Source: Octopus sinensis (lineage: Eukaryota). From it: a DNA stretch of 64,000 bases. The notes under the pieces were generated by a model. It saw nothing but the letters and a program-made list of their open reading frames with translations, had not been told where the DNA came from and made no database searches. Made by a program: the position numbers and the translations under genes. The DNA lies in NCBI RefSeq assembly GCF_006345805.1, contig NC_043003.1:72230001-72294000 (forward strand). Direction: 5' to 3'. This document shows, piece by piece, positions 27,560 to 38,435 of this stretch. Position 1 is the first letter of the stretch; every line of letters begins with the position of its first letter.

Positions 27560-27816
27560 GTATATATAATGATAAGATGAGGGAATATTATTCCAAACTT
27601 ACAGGGAAAAATTCAATTTAGAAATACTAAATCAAATTTCACAAAATAATATATATCAATTAGCAACAAACCACCTTTTATCAATTCAACAATGAAAAAA
27701 TTAAATCATGCCATTTAGAAAAAATTACATTTTATTGAAAAATTAAATATAAGATAACGCATATACCAATGATTAAGTAATGTGCAAAATAATAAAACGT
27801 ATATATTTGGTAGAAT

Positions 27817-27868
27817 AACTACACGTGTTTCGTGGCTATATTTAAGAAATATAGTCACTCTTCAGGTT
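27817..27868 (-). ncRNA. minimal type I hammerhead motif in an AT-rich pLTR-like segment
   Basis: AAC CTGAAGA GTGACTATATTT ctt AAATATAGCCAC GAAA CACGTG TA GTT: intact core, 12-bp stem II with one mismatch, palindromic stem III, GUA site. Confidence 0.85.
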
Positions 27869-29045
27869 AAAGATAAAAACAATAAAATAATTAATTAAAT
27901 AAATTAATAAATATACGTATATAATCTTATAAAATGCGAAATATCTTAACAAATATATTCTTGTGTAAATAAAAAATAGAATAAAGAGGTATAAATATTT
28001 ATTGTATCTATAAAAATAAAAAATTTAATATATATAAGAAAAGAATAACAAGCAATAATGCATCATTACTAGAAAATAAAATACAATTAATTAAATTATT
28101 TAAAACAAATAAATATTTATATATATAATACAAAATATACATTAAGTGAAAACTTAAATACTATAATTTAATCTATATACATTAAATTAAATTATTAATT
28201 AATGTATTTATTTATTTAATAAACATCTAAATTAAATCATTAAGTAATGTATATATACTAAAAAACATGTTAAGTAATATACATAATGCTAGTACAGGCT
28301 ATAGATATTAGAATTAAAAATAGAAAATGGTTCAAATACATACACACCTATTACATAAACTAACTATATTATTAATATATATGTAGTATCTATAGATTTA
28401 ATATTTTACTCAATTATATAGTTGATCAAAGTATCAATTAATATTAAACTTAATTACTTAAATGTAATATTACGTAATAAATAGACCACCTAACTATTAA
28501 ATAATATATTGTCTTACAAAACTATTTCTCAAATTAAATTATATGTATTACGGAAAATCACATTATAAAAATAATAATAAACATAATAAATAAATAGATA
28601 TATATATCGTAACAAATAACTATCAAGAAATAACATATAAATTAATATTTCAACAGCAATAATAATAATAATCAAACATAATACAATTCAAAAGTTCAAT
28701 AATATTGTTGAATAAAAAACGTTACTTATCTCGTCGATGAATATTATGTAACTGAATTTTAAACGTAAATATCTTAGCGTTTATAAGAAATTAAACTCGT
28801 GAAGAAGTTGTGTAAAGAGATAGAATAAAATTATCAATGAAAATGACGAAATATATTTATTAATGAAAGAGACGAAAAATATATAAATATTATATATAAA
28901 AGTATTATACACACACACATACACACACATATGTATATATATATACATACATATACACATATACATATATATATATGTATATATATATATGTGTGTATAT
29001 ATATATGTGTATGTATATATATGTATGTATATGTAATGCTAATGC

Positions 29046-29393
29046 ATATACTAAAAAGTAATATATACAGCTAGGCGCAATGTGATACAATAAAGGAAAA
29101 ATTTAAACATCACTAAGTGCAGCTAATAATGCGGAGGTACCTACATTGCTAGAAAAAGGAGTGTCAAAATACTCTTAATGCAGTAGGAAGTCTGCGACAT
29201 GTATGGAAACATGCTGACAGGGGAGGTAACCGCTCTATGACCATCGCGAGCATCCCCATACTAGATCTAGTTTCGCCTATACAGTAGGCATCATCAGTGA
29301 GGACTGCTGAAACTGCTTATGATTGGCTAATTCAAATGCCATCATGAATAGTGTCGCATTGTGCCTGGATGTTTATATTAATTTTGAGTATAT
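29046..29393 (-). mobile_element. inverted-repeat cassette D containing an intact hammerhead
   Basis: Arms 29046-29088 and 29351-29393, 35/43 identical by manual alignment. Confidence 0.65.
29253..29303 (-). ncRNA. type I hammerhead ribozyme, intact
   Basis: TCCTCA CTGATGA T GCCTA ctgta TAGGC GAAA CTAGATCTAG TA TGGGGA: 6-bp stem I (one G-U), 5-bp stem II, 10-nt palindromic stem III, GUA site between 29259 and 29258. Confidence 0.9.
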
Positions 29394-29691
29394 ATAAAAT
29401 AGTATTAATTAATAGGAGATGGATTTCGTATTAGACCTAAACTGTACTCCTGTGCTAGTGCGTCATGCAAGATCTTGGCTATCGCAGCATTCTAGAATCG
29501 AAAGGAGATCTGTAAGAATTCGGTTGATATCACGGAGAGCACTAAACGACTCCAAGGTAAGATCCAGAAGGCTTAAGATCCAGATAAGTCCCGCAGAGTG
29601 AGTAATAAAAGTAATAAATTAAATGAGGAAAGGGAAAATGAAATTGACATTACAATTGTTTCTGTAAACGGAAAATATTTTTATTCGATAT

Positions 29692-30117
29692 AAGTGGTCA
29701 GAAGTATGCTTCCCAACTATATGGTCTGGGTTCATTTCCACTGCGTGGAATCTTGGACAAGTATCCTCTACAATAGCGTCGGCCAATCAAAGCCTTGTGA
29801 GTAGATTTGGCAGACGGAAATTGAAAGAAGTCCGTCGTAGATGAGCATTTGTGTGTAATGTGTGTTTGTGCGTGTGTGTTTGTGTGTGTGCGTGCGTGTG
29901 TGTTCGTGCGAGTGTTTGTGCCCCGCCACCGCTCGACAACTGCAGTTGGCTTGCTTATGTCCTCGTAATTTAGTGGGTCAGTAAATGGGACCGATAGAGT
30001 AAGTACCAGGCTTTAATAAAAAGTACTGTGGTCGATTCATTCGATTAAAATTCTTCGAGGTCATGTCTCAGCATGGTTGCAGACTAATGACTGAAACAAG
30101 TGAAAGAGAAAAGAATA
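29692..30117 (+). mobile_element. SINE S1, diverged
   Basis: S1 body and tail recognisable. Confidence 0.8.
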
Positions 30118-30572
30118 AACGCATTTCATGCAATGTTATTCAATTTCGTACAATGTTATGTAATCCATGACATAATATACGAAATTTTTTATTAATAATC
30201 CGACAGTCCATTAGCTTACTCAGATGTAATTTCAAGGTATGGTCGACCAAATGAATGACCTGAGATGAGTTCATTTGGGCGTTTTACAATTTGTAAATAC
30301 ACGGGTCTATTTACATAGTGTTACACCCAAATGAACTCTCTCTCTTTCTCTCTCCCTCTCTATCTATCTATTTATTTATCTATCTATCTATATTGTGATT
30401 ACAATCTTCAAAGCGTTAACAGTAATTTGGTCTTAGTTAAAACGCTTAGAATGAACTGTGATTTTAATGATTTAAAATTCATCCCAGTTTCCGTAAGTGC
30501 AAAATCCTGTAACTCAGGTAGCTGTAAAATGAGGCCTTCCTCTATATTTGTATATATACATTTATATATATG

Positions 30573-30609
<37 letters not shown>

Positions 30610-30652
30610 ACTTAGCTCTCTTGAGAGTTTCTTACCACTATATGTGTGTGTG

Positions 30653-30701
<49 letters not shown>

Positions 30702-30974
30702 GAAAATACCTATATATGTTGTATACAAATTATTATAGTATTTATATACACATGTAAGTGTATATATATACATAAGCATGTATAAATATATATATATATA
30801 TACATAAATATGTATACATATATATATGTATGTGTGTGTCTGTATATATATACATGGATATATATACATAACTGAGATCAGCTGCTGCTACAGACTAGCT
30901 AAGTTCTCATAGTTAAGACGTTTGTACCACATGTCACCAAGACAACTAAGCAGGTGCACCAATGTATAAGATTG

Positions 30975-31130
30975 TAATTATACCAACAAATATTCCATTT
31001 CGATTTAGAAGACTTCATTTTCCAGAGCACATAAGTTTTACCTTGTTAGTCAATAAATCTCAACAGCAAACAATGGCAGTTGCTGGACTACATCTTGAAG
31101 AATACTACATTGCTAATGGCCACCTAAGTA
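30975..31130 (+). mobile_element. Helitron PIF1-like helicase C-terminal fragment
   Basis: IPTNIPFRFRRLHFPEHISFTLLVNKSQQQTMAVAGLHLEE..ANGHL matches 'P.D.PF.FKRLQFP..LAFAMTINKSQGQT...GL.L....F.HGQLY'. Confidence 0.8.
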
Positions 31131-31599
31131 CGATGCTTAATTTGCATTACGTATTGTGAGGTTTTCACTCGATAGCCTTTACAGTTCCCAATCATATCAA
31201 GCTGAGTCTCATCACAGCTCTTTATATCCTTTCTTTACCTTTGTTTGTGTATGTCTGTGTGAGTGTATGTGTATATTTATTTATTTATTATTTTTATTTT
31301 ATCTAGTTTCAGCTCACGATCTATGGCCATGCTGGGGCACCGCCATTTTTTTAATAATGATTTTATTTTCTCCAGTCTGTATTGACATACATATTTATAA
31401 TTTCCAAATGCTTTTCTAAAACAGTTTCTCTCAAATAAGAGCAGATTTTTAGCCTGAATGTTGAGGACTCAAAGAAAATATAAGCCATCTCTGTTTTTTT
31501 AATGACGTATAATTCAAGTGATTTCTTCATAGGAGACCATCAACGAGTCATTATTGATTTTAATCTTTTAAAAACCACTTTTCCTTTCTTTCTGCTAAA

Positions 31600-31930
31600 C
31601 CACTTCTGCAATATACTTCCTTAAATTACTTGCTTCTGCTTCTGCAGAGCCTTCTACTTTTATCAGTCCTTGTACTTCACTCCTTCGGTTGAAATATGCT
31701 GGAAGGTGTAAGGTTCTGAAGATTGTCAATTATTTCTTTGTTTTTCTGTAAGTTCTCAGTACCTTCGTTTGTCCATTTGAGTATTCTGACGCTGTATTTG
31801 ATGGTATATACCACGTGTACCTTTTATTTGGATTTTAGTAGTTTCCACCTTGATATTGTCCTTCATTATTCTAACATTTATGCCATCAGCTTCAAAGGTA
31901 TTTATGCACACTATCTGTATCAATCTCACC
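31600..31930 (-). mobile_element. R4/Dong-like non-LTR RT fragment, degenerate
   Basis: HKYL..ADGINVRIMKDNIK..YSVRILKWTNE..YFNRRSEVQGLIKVEGSAEAEASNLRKYI resembles 'RLY..RK.GGRGL..VE..V..E...L..Y'. Confidence 0.55.
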
Positions 31931-33249
31931 TATATGTGCAGTAGATTTATTCCGTCACTTTTATAGTATTTCTCTTCCTTCGTATATCGTATATGTGAGT
32001 CAAATATATCATTGTAAAACAATGATAAGGTGTTATACGTGTACCTCAAACATAACAGTTGGTCATGAAGTTTACATCTTTCTTGTTTGCAGACAAATTT
32101 CCAATTACATCATTCATCCGAAGTTTGTTCAGCAACATGTATGTTAATATTTGTTAAATGTAAGAAGTAAAATTTCTATAGAGCAGAGGCTTATATTCTC
32201 CTCTACATATGATACACAACTAAAACGAATTAATAGAGTGCAAAGTAAACTGGTCAATAATAGATATATGAATAATTTAGTACACAAATCTTTTGAACAA
32301 TAATATCAAGTATAAACTTACCCACACTGAGTACTATTGCTTACATGTTCGAGCAGCAGCCTATAAGCATAATTTGAAAACTCTTATACTGATGCCAGTA
32401 CATGTTTTACGTAACTTACTGCCCAGATCTTTGCGGACTGCAAAGCTATCACCATGTATATCGCTCTGTTCTCAACGCTTTTTCCAATCAAATAAATATA
32501 TATCCAACACCATATTCTTTGTGTTATCCCTCATCTACTAAAATGTCGAGATGAAGCGTAGCAATTCTCTAGAAACGAGTGGCAATTCTGAACGAAGACT
32601 TTTCGCTTGGCATTAAGAGCCTGAATATTTTAAGATGCAAAATTTATTACGTGTTGCAGATATTCAGACGGAGAAACCGAAAAGGGCCATGTTTGAGACA
32701 TCTTCTTACAATCTTTGTTCAAATAAAATTGATAAGAGAGAGTCGATGAGAACAATTAGAGGTACCAAACTGTTACAACCATCATCTGCCTACACGGCCG
32801 ATGAAGGTATGTGATCCTCTTTCACCTATTCCGTTGGTCTTTACATTTCACTGTAAACCCTGACAAGTGAAATTGTTAACACTTGTCTTTCGTGCCGCCT
32901 GGAATGTCAGGAGGAAAGGGGTGACGTAATGTCACTTTCTACAGGTACATTCCAGTGTACTACTTCGTAACGAAAGATGTAAATGTACGTATACACATAC
33001 ATAAACATTCAAACAAGCATGTACATACCAGGCACACACGCATACCCACACTCTTGAAAAGACACACACACACACGTACGTCTGTATGTATGTATGTACA
33101 TATATCTATATATGTATATATGTATGTGTGTGTGTGTGTGCATAGGCAAATAAAAATAAAAATAAAAATAAGAATACAAACAACAAAAGCCAAAATGACG
33201 TACACAATGAATGTATTAGGTTGACGTTCAGTTTAAGAGAAAAAGATGT

Positions 33250-33276
33250 GACGTTTCGAGCATGGCTCTTCGTCAG
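33250..33276 (-). ncRNA. minimal PLE-type hammerhead motif
   Basis: CTGACGA A GAGC cat GCTC GAAA CG TC; weak stem I (TTT/ACA). Flanks resemble those of the 24450 motif. Confidence 0.75.
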
Positions 33277-33424
33277 AAAGAAGGAAGAGGAAGCATTCGG
33301 AAAGAGGGAAAAGAATAGTCCGAGAAAAGCTCGTTTATGGGCACATGATTGAAGTGAGAGATCACGCTAACCTGTCGCCTCTCACTGCAATACAACAGAT
33401 AGTTCCATCATACACTAAACAGTG

Positions 33425-33541
33425 GGTGGCATTTCTGCACTTCCTGGATCCACATATTAAAAAAAACGGGGCTAACAACGCTTCGTATTCGAACTTGCTA
33501 CCACGTGACCGACACATTTAAAGGAAAGTTTCCATTTTAAT
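33425..33541 (+). mobile_element. PLE GIY-YIG C-terminal tail, Neptune-like, degenerate
   Basis: GGISALPGSTY*KKRG*QRFVFELATT*PTHLKESFHFN resembles 'G.S...G.T..RK..EQ.LIF.LGTL.P.G.NE.F.F'. Confidence 0.55.
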
Positions 33542-33982
33542 CCTACACCTCCTTTAGTTCAGTAAGCCTTTTTTTACACTTCAACTCCACTCCCACCTCG
33601 ATTTTCCTTTTCATCCCACTCTCAACTTTGCTCATTTCCTCCTCTTCTTGCTCCTCCTCCTCCTCCTCCTTCCCTCTCCCCTTCTTCTGTTCCTCTTTCC
33701 TTCTAATTCTTTCGCCCAATTTTCTCTCTTACCATGTCCTATCCTCGTATGAAGCTCCTGCGGTCCTGCGATCTTTATCACATGCAGCCAGATTTTCTAA
33801 CTTAGAAGACGTAAAATTTTACTGTTGCTCTGTAATTTCTCCTCTGTCAACTTTCCCCTGAAGAAAAACTTCAAAATATTGGATTCTCACTCTTCACAAC
33901 AAGTTCACTATATACTTTTTGTCGATTTACGAAAAAATACAAGTATTGCTGACGCAGACCAACAGCAGTTTCTTTGGAGTTT

Positions 33983-33984
<2 letters not shown>

Positions 33985-34027
<43 letters not shown>

Positions 34028-34284
34028 TATATATATATTATATATATATATATATATTTGTGTATATGTGTGTGTGTATGTATATACATATATATGTATG
34101 TGTCTATGTATGTATGTGTATATGAACATACATACATATGTATGTATATGAATATATGTATATATATATATATATGCTCGTGCATGTATGCATATACATA
34201 TATGTGTGCATACATACATACTTATATATACGTATATATATACATATATATATATATACATACATATATGCATACATACATACA

Positions 34285-34319
<35 letters not shown>

Positions 34320-34808
34320 GCTTATATAGTAATACTCATATGCGTAATAAACGCATACTTACACATGTCTAAGCTGAGGAGAAAGGAAGAAAGGTAGAGG
34401 GGAGGGGATTAAGGAATGGAGAAAAAGAGAGGTAGAAGAGATGGAATACAAGTTAAATTTTCACATGCATTCGTGCGAAAATATTGTCTAACAGCCCCCT
34501 CACACAAAGGTTAATATTTACTGAGTTTATTGTGTTGTGTATGTATGCGTGTATGAATGTGCCTGTATCTGTGTGTGAGCATATGTGCGTGTGAATGAGT
34601 GTGTGATACACCATATGTCTGTATGTTTAAGCATTGTAGACACATGCACCCACAGACACACACCCCTTCATAGATAGCTAGCTTTGTATATACACACATA
34701 TATACAGAAAGAGGCCTATATGCAGATATATACCTCGTCAAGGTGATTAAGTTGCATGTCTTGAGGTTCGTGTGTACCTAGTTACAAGATATATATATGT
34801 GCATGTGT

Positions 34809-34848
<40 letters not shown>

Positions 34849-34898
34849 CCACATGTATGTATATGTATATATATGCACACACATGCATACTTGTATTC

Positions 34899-34957
<59 letters not shown>

Positions 34958-35030
34958 GTATATATATGTGTACATATACTTATATGTATATATATATGTG
35001 TGTGTGCTTTTGTATGTGTGTGTATGTATA

Positions 35031-35074
<44 letters not shown>

Positions 35075-35085
35075 TACATGTATAT
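33985..35085. repeat. long compound (TA)/(TG)/(TATG)/(CATA) microsatellite fields; similar fields at 2595-2808, 4800-5260, 25255-26120, 28908-29030, 30560-30870, 42611-42812, 43307-43525, 46422-47135, 53465-53660, 55605-55750, 57480-57615, 62270-62352
   Basis: Read directly; these generate most of the I/Y/C/V/H/T-rich ORFs in the track. Confidence 0.95.
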
Positions 35086-35639
35086 TTGCATGCATGTGTC
35101 TATGTAAGACGCATATACTACTATTGCAATCGGTCTTGAGTGAATCTGGTTGTAAACCCTGTAATCGAGAGCTGCTGGTACCATGTCTCTCAATGCAGAA
35201 TTACAATAGTTGTGTGGTTGATGACATCTTAGAATATAGACACTCTCTTGTGGTTTGCCCTGTTTATCTTCAGTATTATTGGTGTAAGTTGTTCTAGAAC
35301 GTGGTATAACACTTAGCAGTATTAAGTTACCGCCTTTTACGTTCTGACTTCAAATTCAGGTAGTCACTTTTCACAGTTGATTTTCTACCGTTAATTAAAT
35401 AGAGTAGCATCAGAGTACAATATGCCTATAATCGGCTGATAAGCATTTTTTAAATCAATATATTGCTCTGTTCAAACGAATTAAGATTTCCTTTTTTTTT
35501 TATTTCTTTCAGATCCCCAGTGGCAAATAAAATGCTAACACAAGAAATGAAATGACATGCGGTCATTGTTGCGATATGTACGAAACACAACGATTTAGAA
35601 ATTGCCAACTTTATAAAAGTTGTGAGATCTTTTCTACAC

Positions 35640-36830
35640 AAAGTTCAGATGGAGCTGAAAACTTTTGACAGTAATGTTTTAACTGTGTCAAAGAGAAAAA
35701 TTCGGACTCTATAAGGACACTGCAATTTGTCCAACAGGCTCAAAACTTTATCACTAATGATCCTGGAGAATCAATGAGGTCCCTCGCAACAGAACTTCAT
35801 TGATGGATTGGATTGTCAGAACTGCAGAGTACGAAATTATTCAATACAAGCACTGAGAGGCCAATTCACGCTTGCAAAGATACAGTAAAACTATTTGATG
35901 TATGCCAAGAGTTTACTTAACAAGGTTAAAAACTCTCGTATGCTGTCGTTCTCCTCCGATGAGAGAAACTTCGACCATATCCAAAAGTCTAATAGGAGGA
36001 ATAACAGATCGTTATGTGAAGATAGTGCTGTCAGGATCAACATGCTCTAATTGATTTAGCTAACCATGTTTGCATACTGATCTGATATTAATGTCCTTAC
36101 TTTTAAGGAATTCATTTTTATCTGTTCACATTTATTTATTCGGTCTAGTTCGAATAATGATCTACCATAGACCCCATGAAACTTTAAAGTCTTTCGTATT
36201 TTGTTTTCAGTTATGTAATTGGTTTTTTTTCTATTAATTTAGCCCATCTATGTTTTTATTTGTCCATATTTTTCTAGTGGCTCTATTCTTTACCGCACGT
36301 TCCTAAATTATGTCGCCAAAATTTTACTATTGCTTCTTTTTGATATTCCCTCTTTTTTGTTTAATAGATCCTCTTTGATCCCCTATCTCTACTCCACATT
36401 CTTCAAACTTAGATTTACAACCTGTCCCTGATGGCAGATGGCTGTGTACAGATCCTTCTGTTGTCCACCAACAAAGCTCCTGCGGCTATGGTTGTTTTTG
36501 GAGTGGTGAGTAATGAGGATGATATAATTCCACTGCACAATTTTCCACAAGGTCTTAGAATTAATGCTACGGGATATGTGTTGGTACTAGAGACAATTGC
36601 CACACCCTGGATAGATAAAATATACAGTGGAATCTCATGTGTTTCAACAAGCTTCAGACAATCTCTATGACTATGTAACACCATACTTGTTACATCCAAA
36701 TTCGCCAACTCCCATGGGATTTAAATCTACATTTGGTGTTATTGAAAGAGAGACAAATCATCATTCTCCCAATATGATGGCTTCGCTGAAGGTCGCCATT
36801 GTCCAGGTGATGCCTCAAGTGTGGAAGAAA
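35640..36830 (+). mobile_element. DD37D/maT-like transposase remnant split by an insertion (about 36030-36420)
   Basis: FSSDERNFDHIQKSNRRNNRSLCED; PAAMVVFGVVSNEDDIIPLHNFPQGLRINATGYVLVLET..PWI; HVFQQ; FGVIERETN..SLKVAIVQVM. Confidence 0.75.
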
Positions 36831-37559
36831 CAATTAGTGCAGACACGTCACAATAATTACGAATGGAGATGTGAATAAAAGAAAAGGAGAAGAGAATGTC
36901 AAGTCAAAAGCAAAAAATATATTCGTAAAAAGTGGGGAATGGGGCTTATGAAAAAGCAGAAAATGGGAGAAAAAATACGTGCTTGAGCAACAACAATCGT
37001 CATAAATATAGTCGTCATAGCAGTAATTACAGCAAGTTATTGTAAAATTAATAATATTAACAACAACAATAATGAGATGATAATGATAATGACAGTAATA
37101 AAAAGAAGAGGAAGAGGAGAATGAGGAGAAAGAAGAAGGACAATATTCGTCGGAATGGCAATTTTACCTGAACTGTGATAAAAAGAAATGTATATGTAGA
37201 AGACAGGAGAATTACATTTCAATTGGACGTTGCTTGCGATATGTTGTCGATCATCTATGATAAATACTAACATTCTATCAAAATGTACATATAGTTTTCT
37301 ATTGAATTTAAGAGGCGCTACTTGGCGCATGATAGTTGGTTCTATGACATTAAACATAAACCTTTTGCTTCATTGGCAAATTATAGCCATCATCTCAAAG
37401 CTAATATTTACTTTGACATCTCCTCGTTGATAATGAAGATTGTAAGACTTTATCAGACTGATTGCACTACATGTAGTTTGTACGGCAGAGAATCCCTTGA
37501 GGTAGTGCGTGAGAATCAAAATTTTCTTAATAAATAGTATGACCTAATAACAAACGGCG

Positions 37560-38040
37560 GACATAAATTTTTCAAAATCTTTTCCTCTTATCATAGATCG
37601 ACATGCGCTAATCGATTGAGTGACTATATGCTTGCATTCTTATCTCAAATTCTTGACCTTACTTTTGTGTTTCACTTTTATCTGTCCATATGTATTTACT
37701 TAGCCTAGTTAGAATTATGACATACCTTAATCCGAATGTCATTTTGAATTCTTTCAAATTTTTGTTTACTGTTATGCAATTGTTTTTCTTTATATTTCCT
37801 CCATCCTTATATATATTAACCTCTTGTTTCTATTCCGCTGTATTTTTTTAGTGGCTCCGTTCTTATCCACACGATTGGACACTTTCCTAAATCATGACGC
37901 TAAAATGTTGTACTACCTCTTTTACACAACAGAGCGCTTTTTTGATTGTTTTTCCTTCCTTTGTTTTCATCGATTCCCTTTGATCTCCCCTCTCTACCTT
38001 AAATTCTTCAAATTAGGTTTCTGCCCCACTTTTTACTAAT
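37560..38040 (-). mobile_element. LINE-derived fragment, possibly RNase H-like; paralogous to 36030-36420
   Basis: VNIYKDGG.. reading; shared GATC.ACATGC.CTAAT.GATT.AG start with the 36030 insert. Confidence 0.4.
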
Positions 38041-38199
38041 ATACTAATGTTCTTTTCCCCGTTCTACTATTAATTATCCCCTTCTTCCACGGTCTTTTTA
38101 TTGATGATTGTATTATCATAAATATATGGCCTATTACAATCGCATTCACACTTACCACCCATTCTTTCAACATTCGGCATTTCTAGATTGAAGATATTG

Positions 38200-38435
38200 G
38201 TTTCAAATGTTGGCACAATGCCAGCAAGCTCGGGCTGAGGGAAGTCGATTACATCAACCCCAGTGTTCAACTGTTACTTATTTTATCGACCCCAAAACGA
38301 TAAAAGGCAAAGTCAACCTCGGCAGAACTTGAACTTAAAACGTGAAATGCTGCTAAGCAGTTTGAAATGAAAACAGCCGAAATGCCACTAAGCATTTTGA
38401 ATAGCGTGCTAATGATTCTTGCAGCTCGTCGCCTT
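38200..38435 (-). mobile_element. SINE S2
   Basis: Reverse complement of the S2 core and head. Confidence 0.8.

Noticed and set aside
32093-32138. 46-nt candidate exon (tttcttgtttgcag ... gtatgt)
   Set aside because: Good splice-like ends, but too short to assign and no partner exons; expected by chance in 64 kb.
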